Of a stretch of DNA of 64,000 nt, positions 8,517 through 18,024 are shown piece by piece. The position numbers were made by a program, and so were the translations under genes. Below the pieces are notes generated by a model. It did not search any database. It was given only the letters and a program-made list of their open reading frames with translations, and was not told the DNA's origin. The stretch's first letter is position 1, and the number at the start of each line of letters is the position of its first letter. This stretch comes from Gemmatimonadales bacterium (GTDB lineage Bacteria; Gemmatimonadota; Gemmatimonadetes; Gemmatimonadales; GWC2-71-9), in assembly GCA_046757925.1 (NCBI GenBank), contig JBHHZE010000006.1, positions 12,489-76,488 on the forward strand, in the 5' to 3' direction.

Positions 8517-9346
8517 ACTTCCTATCGGTCGTACTGGCTGCGCAAGCGTCGGTATGGTCGGTATCACCGTCCGCTCCGGCAGTTGGAGATACGGTCCGGT
8601 TGACGAGACGAATCTCTGCGAGACCGGAAGTCCAGTACCAGCTCAATAAACTGGAAGCTCCTGCCAGCGTCCGATTACTTGCTCAGCCCAACCTGGGCTA
8701 TTCCGAAGGCTCGGTTGTCGTCTCCTACACGCTCGCGTTCTTCGAACCGGGTTCGGTGGAGCTGGCCATGCCCGACCTCGAATTGATCGATCAGGACGGC
8801 ATAGTGGAGCATGTGTCGGGCGGTACGGCGTTGGTGACCGTGCGTTCAGTTCTGCCCCAAGAAGATTCCGCGTTGGGGGCCAAACCGTCGCTTGGCCCCT
8901 TTGTACGGGCCAGCAAGAGACCTGAGTATCTTGGTATCACGGTTCTCTTGGCGGTTGCTGGATTGGTTACTTGGACCAGCCTACGGCGCAGGCGCGCGCG
9001 CAGACCGGTGCAGAGTGTTGCGGTACCGGGGGAAATTGAAGTGCCGCTGCTCGAGTGGGCGCGCGCCGGGGAATCCCGAGCCGTTGCGGCGGCAACATCG
9101 GATCGCCTGCGGCACAGGATCGCCCAACGGTTCCCCGACGCCGGACGGGATTTGACGACGGAGCAGTGCCTCGCCGCGATCGAGATAGGTCGTCCCGACT
9201 GGCCGGTTCGGGACATAGCCGATACGCTGCGTGATCTGGACCGGGCACGATTCGCACCGGCAATCTCTCACGATGTCCTCGATTTGGTGGAGCGGGCGGA
9301 AGCTTTGCACGCGGTCCTGTCTGAGGCACATCTAGCGAGCGCTTGA
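8513..9346 (+). CDS. hypothetical membrane protein (beta-rich N-domain, single TM, DUF4381-like tail)
   Basis: 277 aa. It has an N-terminal signal-like segment, a central TM YLGITVLLAVAGLVTWTSL followed by RRRRARR, and a tail with LTTEQCL...LDRARFAP resembling the protein usually placed between DUF58 and BatA. The start is a GTGA overlap. Confidence 0.65.
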   Translation: MNFLSVVLAAQASVWSVSPSAPAVGDTVRLTRRISARPEVQYQLNKLEAPASVRLLAQPNLGYSEGSVVVSYTLAFFEPGSVELAMPDLELIDQDGIVEHVSGGTALVTVRSVLPQEDSALGAKPSLGPFVRASKRPEYLGITVLLAVAGLVTWTSLRRRRARRPVQSVAVPGEIEVPLLEWARAGESRAVAAATSDRLRHRIAQRFPDAGRDLTTEQCLAAIEIGRPDWPVRDIADTLRDLDRARFAPAISHDVLDLVERAEALHAVLSEAHLASA

Positions 9347-10326
9347 TGTCCGTCGCGCGGCCGGTAGTGCTGCTGTTGCTGTTGGCTCTACCCGTATGGA
9401 TATGGTGGAGAACCAAGCGGCCCAAGCGCGCTGCGCGTTACAGCGACGTTGCTTCTTTGGAGGCGAGTCAGCTGGGGCATCGATGGGTTTCCGAGATCCC
9501 CCTGGCATTGAGAACGATTGCCATAGGCGCATGGGTCTTGGCAGCGTCGGGTCTACAGATAGGAGCGGGGGAGACGGAGTCGACTAGCGAGGGCATCGCC
9601 ATTGTGTTGGCGGTGGATATTTCCAGCAGCATGCTTGCCAAGGACTTTGCTCCCTCTGACCGTCTCGACGTGGCCAAGAAACAGTCGATCGCGTTCATCG
9701 AGGGGCGGAAGTTCGATCGCATCGGATTGGTGATCTTTGCCGCTGACGCTCTGACCAGGGTGCCCATCACCGTAGACTACCAGGTGCTCCAGGAATCAGT
9801 TGGACGGATCAAAGTGGGTGAATTGGAAGACGGTACCGCCATAGGTACGGCTATCGCGACGGCCGCCAACCGTCTCAGACGTGCTCCGGGAGCCAGCAAG
9901 GTAATCGTCCTCCTGACGGACGGTGAGAATAACCGTGGGACGGTTGACCCTCGCACGGCTGCCCAGGCGGCCCAGAAGCTCGGTGTGCGAGTGTATACGA
10001 TTGGAGTCGGCACCGACGGCGAGGCCATGATGCCGATCGGCAGGGGACCATCGAATCAGATCCGATATCAGATGCTTCCCGTCCAGATAGACGAAGATTT
10101 GTTGCGTGATGTTGCTCGCACTACAGGAGGACGGTATTTCCGGGCCACAGACGCCGAGGCGTTGAGCAGAATTTTCCGGCAGATCGATCAACTGGAAAAG
10201 ACCCCGGTTACGATTACTCGTTACACCGACGCAGACGAATGGTATCGTCCGATGGTACTCACCGGACTGTTTGCATTGGTGCTCGAGCTTGCGATGGCGG
10301 CAACGGTTGCTGTGAGGATACCCTGA
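9346..10326 (+). CDS. vWA-domain membrane protein, BatA-like
   Basis: N-terminal TM, MIDAS LAVDISSSM, a VLLTDGENN segment and a C-terminal TM. The ATG overlaps the upstream stop (TGATG). Confidence 0.85.
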   Translation: MSVARPVVLLLLLALPVWIWWRTKRPKRAARYSDVASLEASQLGHRWVSEIPLALRTIAIGAWVLAASGLQIGAGETESTSEGIAIVLAVDISSSMLAKDFAPSDRLDVAKKQSIAFIEGRKFDRIGLVIFAADALTRVPITVDYQVLQESVGRIKVGELEDGTAIGTAIATAANRLRRAPGASKVIVLLTDGENNRGTVDPRTAAQAAQKLGVRVYTIGVGTDGEAMMPIGRGPSNQIRYQMLPVQIDEDLLRDVARTTGGRYFRATDAEALSRIFRQIDQLEKTPVTITRYTDADEWYRPMVLTGLFALVLELAMAATVAVRIP

Positions 10327-11942
10327 TGGTGTTCGATCTTCCCAACGCGCTCAGGGCCGCCCCCGTTGTGGGGTTGGTAGTCGCTCTGCTGGCCCTCTGG
10401 GCGCGGGGCGTGCGGGTGAGGCGCGCAAATTTATGGTCGAGCGGGCTTGGGCATGAAGCGCGACGGATGGGGAGATGGGGAGCTGTTCCGCTGGCATTGG
10501 CAGCTATCGCCGCCATGGCAGCGTTCGCAGGTCCGCGTTGGGGCACCAGAGTCGTGGAAACCGAAACCAAAGGTTTGAACCTGGTGCTCGCGGTAGACAT
10601 ATCGCGCTCCATGCTGGCAGAGGACATGGGTCCTTCGCGACTGGACTTGGCTAAGCGCGAAGCCGGTAGAATCATTCACGACTTGAGAGGCGATCGAATC
10701 GGGTTGATCGCGTTCGCCGGCCGGAGTTTCATTATGTCGCCTCTCACCATAGATGGCAGTGCTCTGAATCTCATGGTTGAGGGTCTCGATCCCGATATTT
10801 CCAGTGCCGGCGGAACCGAATTAGCCCGTGTGTTGGTCCAGGGCCACGACCTGTTGTTGGCCAAGGAAGAAGTCGCAGACCGTGTTCTGGTCGTATTCAC
10901 CGACGGGGAGGCACACGACTCGTTGCCCGGAGTGATCAGAGCCGCCGAACGGCTGAGGCGCGACGGCGTACACGTCGTGCTCGTGGCTGAAGGAACGGTA
11001 CAGCCCACGCGGATTCCGGTTCGCGATGAAACCGGCACCTTGATCGGGTATCAGAGGGATCCGTCCGACAAGATCGTTCTGACGAAGCGACGTGACGACA
11101 TAATGTCGGCGGTAGCCGATGCTACCCATGGCATGGTGGTATCCGCCGAAGAGGCGGATCAGGCGGGTGCGGTGAGAGAATTTGTCTCGGCTCTCAAACG
11201 GGTGCCGGAGGCCACAACCACCGCTGCACAGGATGTACTACGCGCATGGATTCCACTGCTGGTGGCGGTGACCCTATTGCTTGGTCAGGCTCTCACGCGG
11301 CGCACCGCTGCCTTGGTGGTCCTGGTACTTTCTGTGACGGCGACTTCCGTCGCGCAGGGGCAAGCGCCGCGCAATCCCGCCGAGGTCGCATGGATGGATG
11401 GTCGTTTCGATGAGGCTTCCCGATTGTATTTGGAGCAGGTCAGAGCGGGTGCGGGAGGGGACTCCGTTTGGTACAATGTGGGGACGGCAGGGCTCGCCGC
11501 AAATGATTCGGCGATGGCGCGGTCCGGCCTGGAACGGGCGGCCCGGTCGCTCGATCCCGGAGTGAGGTTCCGGGCAGAATACAATCTGGGTCTGCTGGAG
11601 TTGCGTCTGTCGGAAGTCGACTCGGTCAACCGGATGCAACACCTCGAGGAGGCCAGGCGACACTATGTCGATGCGCTGTTGCTGAAACCGGGAGATGTGG
11701 CGGCCAAGTGGAACCTGGAATTGACGCTCCGGAGGATGCCACCACCACCAGAGAGCGCGCCTCCTCGCAGCCAGGGCTCAGCTGGTGAAGAGGACTCTCC
11801 ACCTCCGCCCATGCAAGGTCTGAGCGCAGCCCAGGCCGAGCAGATCCTCAATTCGGTGGCCGAAGAGGAACGCGAGACTCGGCGCAAACTCAGCCGACGT
11901 AGATCACAAACCCGTACTACACGGGGGAGGCGCGATTGGTAG
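10326..11942 (+). CDS. vWA-domain + TPR protein (BatB-like fused to BatC-like)
   Basis: Two TMs, MIDAS LAVDISRSM, VVFTDGEAHD, another TM, then TPR-like repeats (YNVG..., YNLGLLEL..., KWNLELTL) and a Pro/acidic tail. ATG 10326 overlaps the BatA-like stop (TGATG). Confidence 0.85.
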   Translation: MVFDLPNALRAAPVVGLVVALLALWARGVRVRRANLWSSGLGHEARRMGRWGAVPLALAAIAAMAAFAGPRWGTRVVETETKGLNLVLAVDISRSMLAEDMGPSRLDLAKREAGRIIHDLRGDRIGLIAFAGRSFIMSPLTIDGSALNLMVEGLDPDISSAGGTELARVLVQGHDLLLAKEEVADRVLVVFTDGEAHDSLPGVIRAAERLRRDGVHVVLVAEGTVQPTRIPVRDETGTLIGYQRDPSDKIVLTKRRDDIMSAVADATHGMVVSAEEADQAGAVREFVSALKRVPEATTTAAQDVLRAWIPLLVAVTLLLGQALTRRTAALVVLVLSVTATSVAQGQAPRNPAEVAWMDGRFDEASRLYLEQVRAGAGGDSVWYNVGTAGLAANDSAMARSGLERAARSLDPGVRFRAEYNLGLLELRLSEVDSVNRMQHLEEARRHYVDALLLKPGDVAAKWNLELTLRRMPPPPESAPPRSQGSAGEEDSPPPPMQGLSAAQAEQILNSVAEEERETRRKLSRRRSQTRTTRGRRDW

Positions 11943-14269
11943 CCGCGGTTCTGGCCATGGCGCTATCGGTCCAGCAGGTGCAAATCGACGCATCGGTGGA
12001 CAGAAAGCAAGTGCTGCTGGGTGAAGAATTCATCCTGACAGTGAGGGTAACGGCCACCGGCAAGGAAGCAGTCCAGCTGATCGACCCGCTCCTGACGGGA
12101 ATAGCCCTGCGGGGAACCAGTGATCGCTCCGAGGTGTCCATAAGGTCCGGCACACCCACCCGCGTCAGGACCAGAGAGCTCCGACTCAGTGCCATTAGGG
12201 CCGGGAAGGCGACGATTGGCTCGGTGCGGGCTAGGATGGGTGACTCGGTGGTATCAACTGAGCCGATCGAAATCACTGTGGCAGCCGTGAAGTCGACGGG
12301 TGCAGAGCTGCTGGACCCTCGCATTCGCAACCTCGTTGAGAGTCATGACCCTGACTCACTTCCCGTGGACGAAGCCTACGTGGAAGTCATTACCTCCAGC
12401 GATTCTATCGTTCTTGGAGAGCAGTTCGATCTTGTCGTCGTAGCATGGTTGCCACGACCGATACGTTCTCGCCTGAGGAATCCTCCGCTGCTCAATCAGC
12501 CGGAACTGAGCGGCGCGTGGACGTATTCGGAAGGAGGTGGTCGCGCGGTAGCGCTTGGTCGACGAGTGCGCAACACGTGGTACGATCTGTACGTCAGTTA
12601 TCAGGCGGTCTTCCCGCTTACGACCGGTCGTTTTGCGATCGGTCCCGCCAAGGTTTCCTACAGCCTTCCGCTCAGTTTTTCTTTCCTCAGCAGGGAGCGG
12701 AGACACGAAGTGTCAAGTGACAGCGTGTTCGTCGACGTGACAGGGCAGCCGCTGGAATCTCGACCTCCGCAATTCGATGGTGCGGCGGGAGCGGACCTCG
12801 AGTTTTCAATCGATTCGATTCCCTCGGAACTACGTGTCGGCGAAGCGGGAAGGGTGGTGGCAACTGTGAGTGGGCGTGGCAACGTGTCTCTCTGGCCTGA
12901 GCCCCGGTTTAGGTGGCCCTCGGGTCTGCGGGTGTATCCAGAGAACGTCGAAGTCGATCTCATTCCGACGGATTCCGCTGCAGGGATAGCCGGTTCCAAG
13001 CGGTTCAAGTACTTGGTGGTGGCAGATTCGGCAGGTGTTATGCGGGTTGGCCAGCCGACATACGAGTACTTTGATCTCGCTACTGCGGACTATGTCACGT
13101 TGCGATCGCAACCCCTGAAGATTCTGATCACCGGACCGGTACGCGCGCCGCAACTGCTGGGTCGCGACGCTCTGCTGACAACTTCTAGGTGGGCCGGGGT
13201 CGCCCGGATGCGTATGTCGATACCTTTATGGGTGTGGCTGATCGTAGGGCTAATTCCCCCCCTGACGGTTTACTTGGTTCGGTTCGGGCCCCGGATTCGC
13301 ATGAGCCGTTCCCGGGCAGTGGTGGAGAAGGTGGGAACTCTGCCGCGGGTAGGAGCCGAATTCAATGCAACACTCGAGCGGCTGGTGCGGGGCGCTGAAG
13401 TGAGGGACCGTGTGTATCTCGCAGATGCGCTCAGGGCGGCAGGGGTAGACGAACACGTGGCTATGCATGCGGCACGGGTGAGAGATAGGTTGTGGCAGGT
13501 TCAGTACGGTCCGGCCGGTGAGCTGGATCCCGAGGAACTCGTAGCCGAAATGCGGGAGGTGATCAGGGCACTGGTCGGCGCGTCGGGTGGCAACGGTACG
13601 GTGGGGCTCGCTCTGGCCAGTCTGCTGATACTCATAGTAGCTCTGGCGCCGTCGTCCCAGGCGCAGTCGGCGGAAAAGTTGTTCGAGACTGGCGCATTGC
13701 AGAATGCCGCGGACAGCTTCGCCCGCCGCATAGCGGCGGAGCCTTGGTCAGCGGCCCACCAATACAATCTAGGGTTTGTGATGAGGCGTTTGGGTGCCGA
13801 CGCCGAGGCGGAGGCGGCCTGGGTACGGGCAGCGAGGCTCGAGCCCCGTAGGAAGGCCGTCCGGAGGGCGTTGAGGGATCTTCCCAGAGGCGACATGGCT
13901 TCTCGCAAACTGATGTGGATCTCACCGGTCACACCATCGGAGGCTATTGTCGGAGCGGCCGTGCTCTGGATTCTAGGATGGCTACTAGTGGGGTTGCGAG
14001 TGGAGCAGCCGGCGGTCGCGATTCTTGCCCTTGCGGTCATCGGCGTTGGGTACGGAACGTATGTCGAATGGCGGTATGGACAGTCGTTGGCGTTGACGGT
14101 TCCGGCGCTGGTACCGTTACGTGAGGCCCCCTACGGGCCCGCACCGTCGCACAGATCTTTGGAACGGAGCAGCGCGGTGAAGGTCTTGGACATCAAGGGA
14201 GTATGGATATTCGTGGAGCACGGATCGGGGAGGGGGTGGGTGATGCGGTCGGAGTTGACGCCGATATAA
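11936..14269 (+). CDS. BatD-like protein fused to TPR + SH3-like C-terminus (BatE-like)
   Basis: 777 aa. TTG start with GGGGGAGG 6 nt upstream. It has repeated beta-rich modules, TM segments, a TPR-like stretch (HQYNLGFVMRRLG...) and a terminal SAVKVLDIKGVWIFVEHGSGRGWVMRSEL (bacterial SH3-like). Confidence 0.8.
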   Translation: MVAAVLAMALSVQQVQIDASVDRKQVLLGEEFILTVRVTATGKEAVQLIDPLLTGIALRGTSDRSEVSIRSGTPTRVRTRELRLSAIRAGKATIGSVRARMGDSVVSTEPIEITVAAVKSTGAELLDPRIRNLVESHDPDSLPVDEAYVEVITSSDSIVLGEQFDLVVVAWLPRPIRSRLRNPPLLNQPELSGAWTYSEGGGRAVALGRRVRNTWYDLYVSYQAVFPLTTGRFAIGPAKVSYSLPLSFSFLSRERRHEVSSDSVFVDVTGQPLESRPPQFDGAAGADLEFSIDSIPSELRVGEAGRVVATVSGRGNVSLWPEPRFRWPSGLRVYPENVEVDLIPTDSAAGIAGSKRFKYLVVADSAGVMRVGQPTYEYFDLATADYVTLRSQPLKILITGPVRAPQLLGRDALLTTSRWAGVARMRMSIPLWVWLIVGLIPPLTVYLVRFGPRIRMSRSRAVVEKVGTLPRVGAEFNATLERLVRGAEVRDRVYLADALRAAGVDEHVAMHAARVRDRLWQVQYGPAGELDPEELVAEMREVIRALVGASGGNGTVGLALASLLILIVALAPSSQAQSAEKLFETGALQNAADSFARRIAAEPWSAAHQYNLGFVMRRLGADAEAEAAWVRAARLEPRRKAVRRALRDLPRGDMASRKLMWISPVTPSEAIVGAAVLWILGWLLVGLRVEQPAVAILALAVIGVGYGTYVEWRYGQSLALTVPALVPLREAPYGPAPSHRSLERSSAVKVLDIKGVWIFVEHGSGRGWVMRSELTPI

Positions 14270-15984
14270 TGGGGAGGATCAGTGTCTTAGCCGATTCTGT
14301 GGCAGACCAGATTGCTGCGGGTGAAGTGGTCGAGCGTCCTGCATCGGTTGTGAAGGAACTCGTTGAGAACTCGCTCGACGCTGGCTGTAACAACATAACG
14401 GTCGAATTGGAGGACGGAGGGAGAACTCTCATCCGAGTGGGCGATGACGGGTGTGGGATGGACCGAGATGATGTCATGCTGGCCATAGACCGTCATGCTA
14501 CGAGTAAGATCGTGGTGGCCGCAGACCTGATCGGTGTTTCCACCTATGGGTTCCGGGGTGAGGCGCTCCCGGCCATAGCATCGGTCTCACGGTTCGAGTT
14601 GGAGACTGCCCGCGAGTCGACCGGTGAAGGCACGAAGATCACGGTCAAGGGTGGGCATGTCGAGTCGGTGGAAACGACTGCAAGGGGGCAGGGTACGACG
14701 GTGACAGTGAGAAACTTATTTTTCAACACTCCGGCACGCCGCAAGTTCCTTCGGTCTGGTAGAAGCGAAACGCGCGCGACGATGCAGGCTCTTACCGTGT
14801 TAGCGCTTTCCCGCCTCGAGGTATCCTTCCGCTTGACCAGTGACGGGCGGGTTCTATTGGATGCGCCGAGGGTATCTGATGTAGCAGATCGCATAGCATC
14901 GCTGTTTGGCAGATCCACGGCCGAACAACTGGTTCGGGTGGACTACTCCACGGGTCCTGTTTCCGTCCGCGGATTCGTACAGCGCCCTGCTGAAGTAAAA
15001 CAGACGGGACGGAAGGCACATTTGTTCGTGAACGGCAGGCCGTTCAAGGATCCGTTTCTGGTTCGAGCCGCAGAATCCGGCTACCGGGCTACCACGCCGC
15101 CCGGAACTCGGCCGACGTTGTTTCTGTCCATTGGGATTCCGGGTGACCAGGTGGACGTGAACGTGCATCCGGCGAAACTAGAGGTGCGGTTTCGCGATCG
15201 CATGTTGGTCGAACGAGCAGTGGAGACTGCGGTCCGTGAATCGTTGAGACCCATTGAGGCTGCGGCTTTAATGGGATCGAGCGACCCGACCGGGAGTGCA
15301 GGGAACTGGTCACGGCGTACCTGGAGCGGCAGCGGTGCCGGAGGAGACTGCCCACCCGATGTGGTATTGCCAGACCTCTTTGCGCCAGCGACGTCAGAGT
15401 CCCGATTCGCTCATGTTCCACGTCGTCAGCTAATTCAGGTTCTCAACACCTATATCATCTTTGAGACGACCGACGGCATAGCGATAGTGGATCAACACTC
15501 CGCTCATGAGAGGATCCTCTACGAGCATGCGATGGCCGAATTGAACGGCTCGGCGGCAACTGCCCAGCGGCTCTTGTTGCCTCTCACGGTGGATCTGAAT
15601 GCCGAGGGACTGGACGCAGTATCGGCTAACGGTGAGCTTCTCACAGCCGTGGGGTTCGAAGTAGAGGAATTCGGTGGTAGATCCGTGGTCATACACGCGG
15701 TTCCCAATCCGCACCCACGATTCGATGCGCGACTGTGCTTCGAGGAGTTGATTGCCGATCTTTCGGTTGGAAGACTCGGCGGGTTGAATCGACTCGAAAG
15801 ATTTGCGGCGACTTTTGCGTGCAAGGCGGCGATAAAGGCCGGTCAGGTCTTGGAGCGCTCCGAAATGCAGGACCTGATAGATAGGTTGTTCGCCTGCGAA
15901 CTCCCACCACATGACGTGCACGGTCGTCCGACCATAGTCAAGCTCCCTCGGAACGAGCTGGAACGAAAATTTGGACGATCGTAA
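14269..15984 (+). CDS. mutL: DNA mismatch repair protein MutL (endonuclease type)
   Basis: IAAGEVVERPASVVKELVENSLDAG (GHKL ATPase), DQHSAHERILYE (DQHAxxExxxxE-like nuclease motif) and FACKAAIKAG. ATG 14269 overlaps the upstream TAA. Confidence 0.95.
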   Translation: MGRISVLADSVADQIAAGEVVERPASVVKELVENSLDAGCNNITVELEDGGRTLIRVGDDGCGMDRDDVMLAIDRHATSKIVVAADLIGVSTYGFRGEALPAIASVSRFELETARESTGEGTKITVKGGHVESVETTARGQGTTVTVRNLFFNTPARRKFLRSGRSETRATMQALTVLALSRLEVSFRLTSDGRVLLDAPRVSDVADRIASLFGRSTAEQLVRVDYSTGPVSVRGFVQRPAEVKQTGRKAHLFVNGRPFKDPFLVRAAESGYRATTPPGTRPTLFLSIGIPGDQVDVNVHPAKLEVRFRDRMLVERAVETAVRESLRPIEAAALMGSSDPTGSAGNWSRRTWSGSGAGGDCPPDVVLPDLFAPATSESRFAHVPRRQLIQVLNTYIIFETTDGIAIVDQHSAHERILYEHAMAELNGSAATAQRLLLPLTVDLNAEGLDAVSANGELLTAVGFEVEEFGGRSVVIHAVPNPHPRFDARLCFEELIADLSVGRLGGLNRLERFAATFACKAAIKAGQVLERSEMQDLIDRLFACELPPHDVHGRPTIVKLPRNELERKFGRS

Positions 15985-16894
15985 TCCTCTTGTACCTGTA
16001 ATCGTTGGTCCCACCGCGGTAGGGAAGACAGCCGTAGCAATGGCGCTCGCCCGGTTGCGGCAGATAGTTGTGATCTCGGCGGATTCACGGCAGATCTATC
16101 GCGGTCTGGACATTGGGACCGCGAAACCTACACCGGAACAGCTCTCGCTCGTCCCGCACTACGGGATCGACATTGTTGACCCGGGCGAGCGCTACAGCGC
16201 GGGACAATTTGCGGCAGCGGGTGCCGAGTGGTTGGCTTCTCTGAAGCACGGTATCTCTGCAATCGTAGTTGGCGGAACCGGTTTTTACGTAAGGGCGCTA
16301 GCCGATGGGTTGTTCGAGGAACCGCCGATTGATTCGTGGCGGCGAGAGAAGCTACGGCGTTGGGCGACGAACGCGGGCCGCTTGGGGCACTGGGCCTCCC
16401 GGTTGGACCCGTGCTATAGTGGCGGTGGGCGCCAGCGTGCAGCGAGAACGGTCGAAGTGGCACTCCTTACGGGTCAGCCACTGTCGTGGTGGCAGGCGCG
16501 AGCGAAAACCCATGGAGCAATGAGGCCATTCTACGTCCGATTGACGCTACCACGATCCGTGCTGCATGACCGCATCGAATCGAGAACCCTCAATATGCTG
16601 GCGTCGGGCCTGGTAGCGGAAGTCGACCGGATGCTTGCGAGTGGCGTATCTAGCGATGCGCGTGGGTTGGACGCGGTCGGTTACCGAGAGGTCGTGCGAC
16701 ATCTCGAGGGAGATCTAGAGGAATCTAACCTTGCTGAGGCTATTATCATTGCTACCAGGAAGTACGCGAAACGCCAGGAAACGTGGTTCCGTCACCAATT
16801 GCCGGCAAGGAACGTAGTGACGCTTGATGCCACTACGGCGTCCGATGCGCTGGCGGAGCGAATCGCGGAACTGTGGGACGAACAGGCGAATTAA
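15971..16894 (+). CDS. miaA: tRNA dimethylallyltransferase
   Basis: P-loop VIVGPTAVGKTAVA, SADSRQIYRGLDIGTAKP and the overall MiaA layout. The start is TTG. Confidence 0.92.
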   Translation: MDDRNPLVPVIVGPTAVGKTAVAMALARLRQIVVISADSRQIYRGLDIGTAKPTPEQLSLVPHYGIDIVDPGERYSAGQFAAAGAEWLASLKHGISAIVVGGTGFYVRALADGLFEEPPIDSWRREKLRRWATNAGRLGHWASRLDPCYSGGGRQRAARTVEVALLTGQPLSWWQARAKTHGAMRPFYVRLTLPRSVLHDRIESRTLNMLASGLVAEVDRMLASGVSSDARGLDAVGYREVVRHLEGDLEESNLAEAIIIATRKYAKRQETWFRHQLPARNVVTLDATTASDALAERIAELWDEQAN

Positions 16895-18024
16895 TGCGAA
16901 TCGGAATCACTTGCTATCCGACGTACGGGGGATCTGGGGCGGTCGCGACGGAATTGGGGCTCGCTCTGGGCCGTCGAGGACATGACGTGCACATTATCTC
17001 CTATGCCTCTCCTTTTCGACTACGGGAATTCTCCGATAGAGTGTTCTTCCACGAGGTCGATCTCAGCGCCACATATCCACTCTTGGAATATTTTCCCTAC
17101 TCACTGGCCTTGGCTGTCAAACAGCATGAGATCGGTTTGAGAGAGCGGCTCGACATTCTTCACGTACATTACGCGATCCCGCACGCCCCAGCTGCTTTCT
17201 TGGCACAGCAGATGCTGGAAGAAGATCATGGGATCAAAGTCATAACGACGCTCCACGGTACAGACATTACACTAGTTGGCCTCGAGAACTCGTTCTTCAC
17301 CGTTACCAAGTTCTCTATAGAGCGGTCTGATGCGGTGACCGCCGTATCCAATTATCTGCGCGCAGAGACGTATCGAAAATTCGGGTGCAGTCGCTGTGAC
17401 ATCCAACATATCCCGAACTTCGTCAATCTTTCGGAATACTATCCGTCAAATGAGCGAGGTGGCGACTACGGACGGCTGGTGCCGGACGGCCATAAGATGC
17501 TTGCCCATGTTTCGAATTTTCGCGATGTGAAGCGAGTGCCGGACGTCGTCAGAATCTTTGCAGCGATCACCGGCAAGATACCAGCTGTCTTGATACTTGC
17601 CGGCGATGGACCGCAGCGACCGGAGGCGGAGGCGGAGGCGGAACGACTGGGTGTGTCAGATCGTGTCCGTTTCCTTGGAAAAATAGATACGGTCGCAGAA
17701 TTGCTTCGCGCGGCCGACCTCTATCTTCTGCCAAGCGCCTCGGAGTCCTTCGGACTGAGCGCCCTCGAGGCGATGGCGTGTGGTGTTCCCGTGATAGCGA
17801 GCGACGTAGGCGGTATCCCCGAAGTCGTTCTAGACGGCGAGACCGGAATGTTAGCGCCCGTCGGCGAAGTGGCAACCATGGCGGAGAAGGCTCTTCAAGT
17901 CCTCTCCGATGAGGGACTTTTCACGCGCATGAGGCGGGCCTCGATCGAGCGCGCCAACGAGTTTTCAACTGACCGGATTGTACCACTATATGAATCCCTC
18001 TATTTGAAGGTTGTGGAGCAGTGA
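16894..18024 (+). CDS. bshA: GT4 glycosyltransferase, N-acetyl-alpha-D-glucosaminyl L-malate synthase-like
   Basis: [29 protein letters not shown] and HVHYAIPHA....TTLHGTDIT....[15 protein letters not shown]...GGIPEV align closely along the whole length with my recollection of Bacillus BshA. Confidence 0.8.
   Translation: MRIGITCYPTYGGSGAVATELGLALGRRGHDVHIISYASPFRLREFSDRVFFHEVDLSATYPLLEYFPYSLALAVKQHEIGLRERLDILHVHYAIPHAPAAFLAQQMLEEDHGIKVITTLHGTDITLVGLENSFFTVTKFSIERSDAVTAVSNYLRAETYRKFGCSRCDIQHIPNFVNLSEYYPSNERGGDYGRLVPDGHKMLAHVSNFRDVKRVPDVVRIFAAITGKIPAVLILAGDGPQRPEAEAEAERLGVSDRVRFLGKIDTVAELLRAADLYLLPSASESFGLSALEAMACGVPVIASDVGGIPEVVLDGETGMLAPVGEVATMAEKALQVLSDEGLFTRMRRASIERANEFSTDRIVPLYESLYLKVVEQ

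Noticed and set aside
10239-10325. Long N-terminal extensions in the ORF track (10239, 14203, 23827, 38055, 40574, 46452, 61726 and others)
   Set aside because: Each extension overlaps the 3' end of the well-supported upstream gene in another frame and translates to Arg/Gly-rich junk. An in-frame ATG or GTG sits exactly at the upstream stop codon, and the conserved protein N-terminus begins there.
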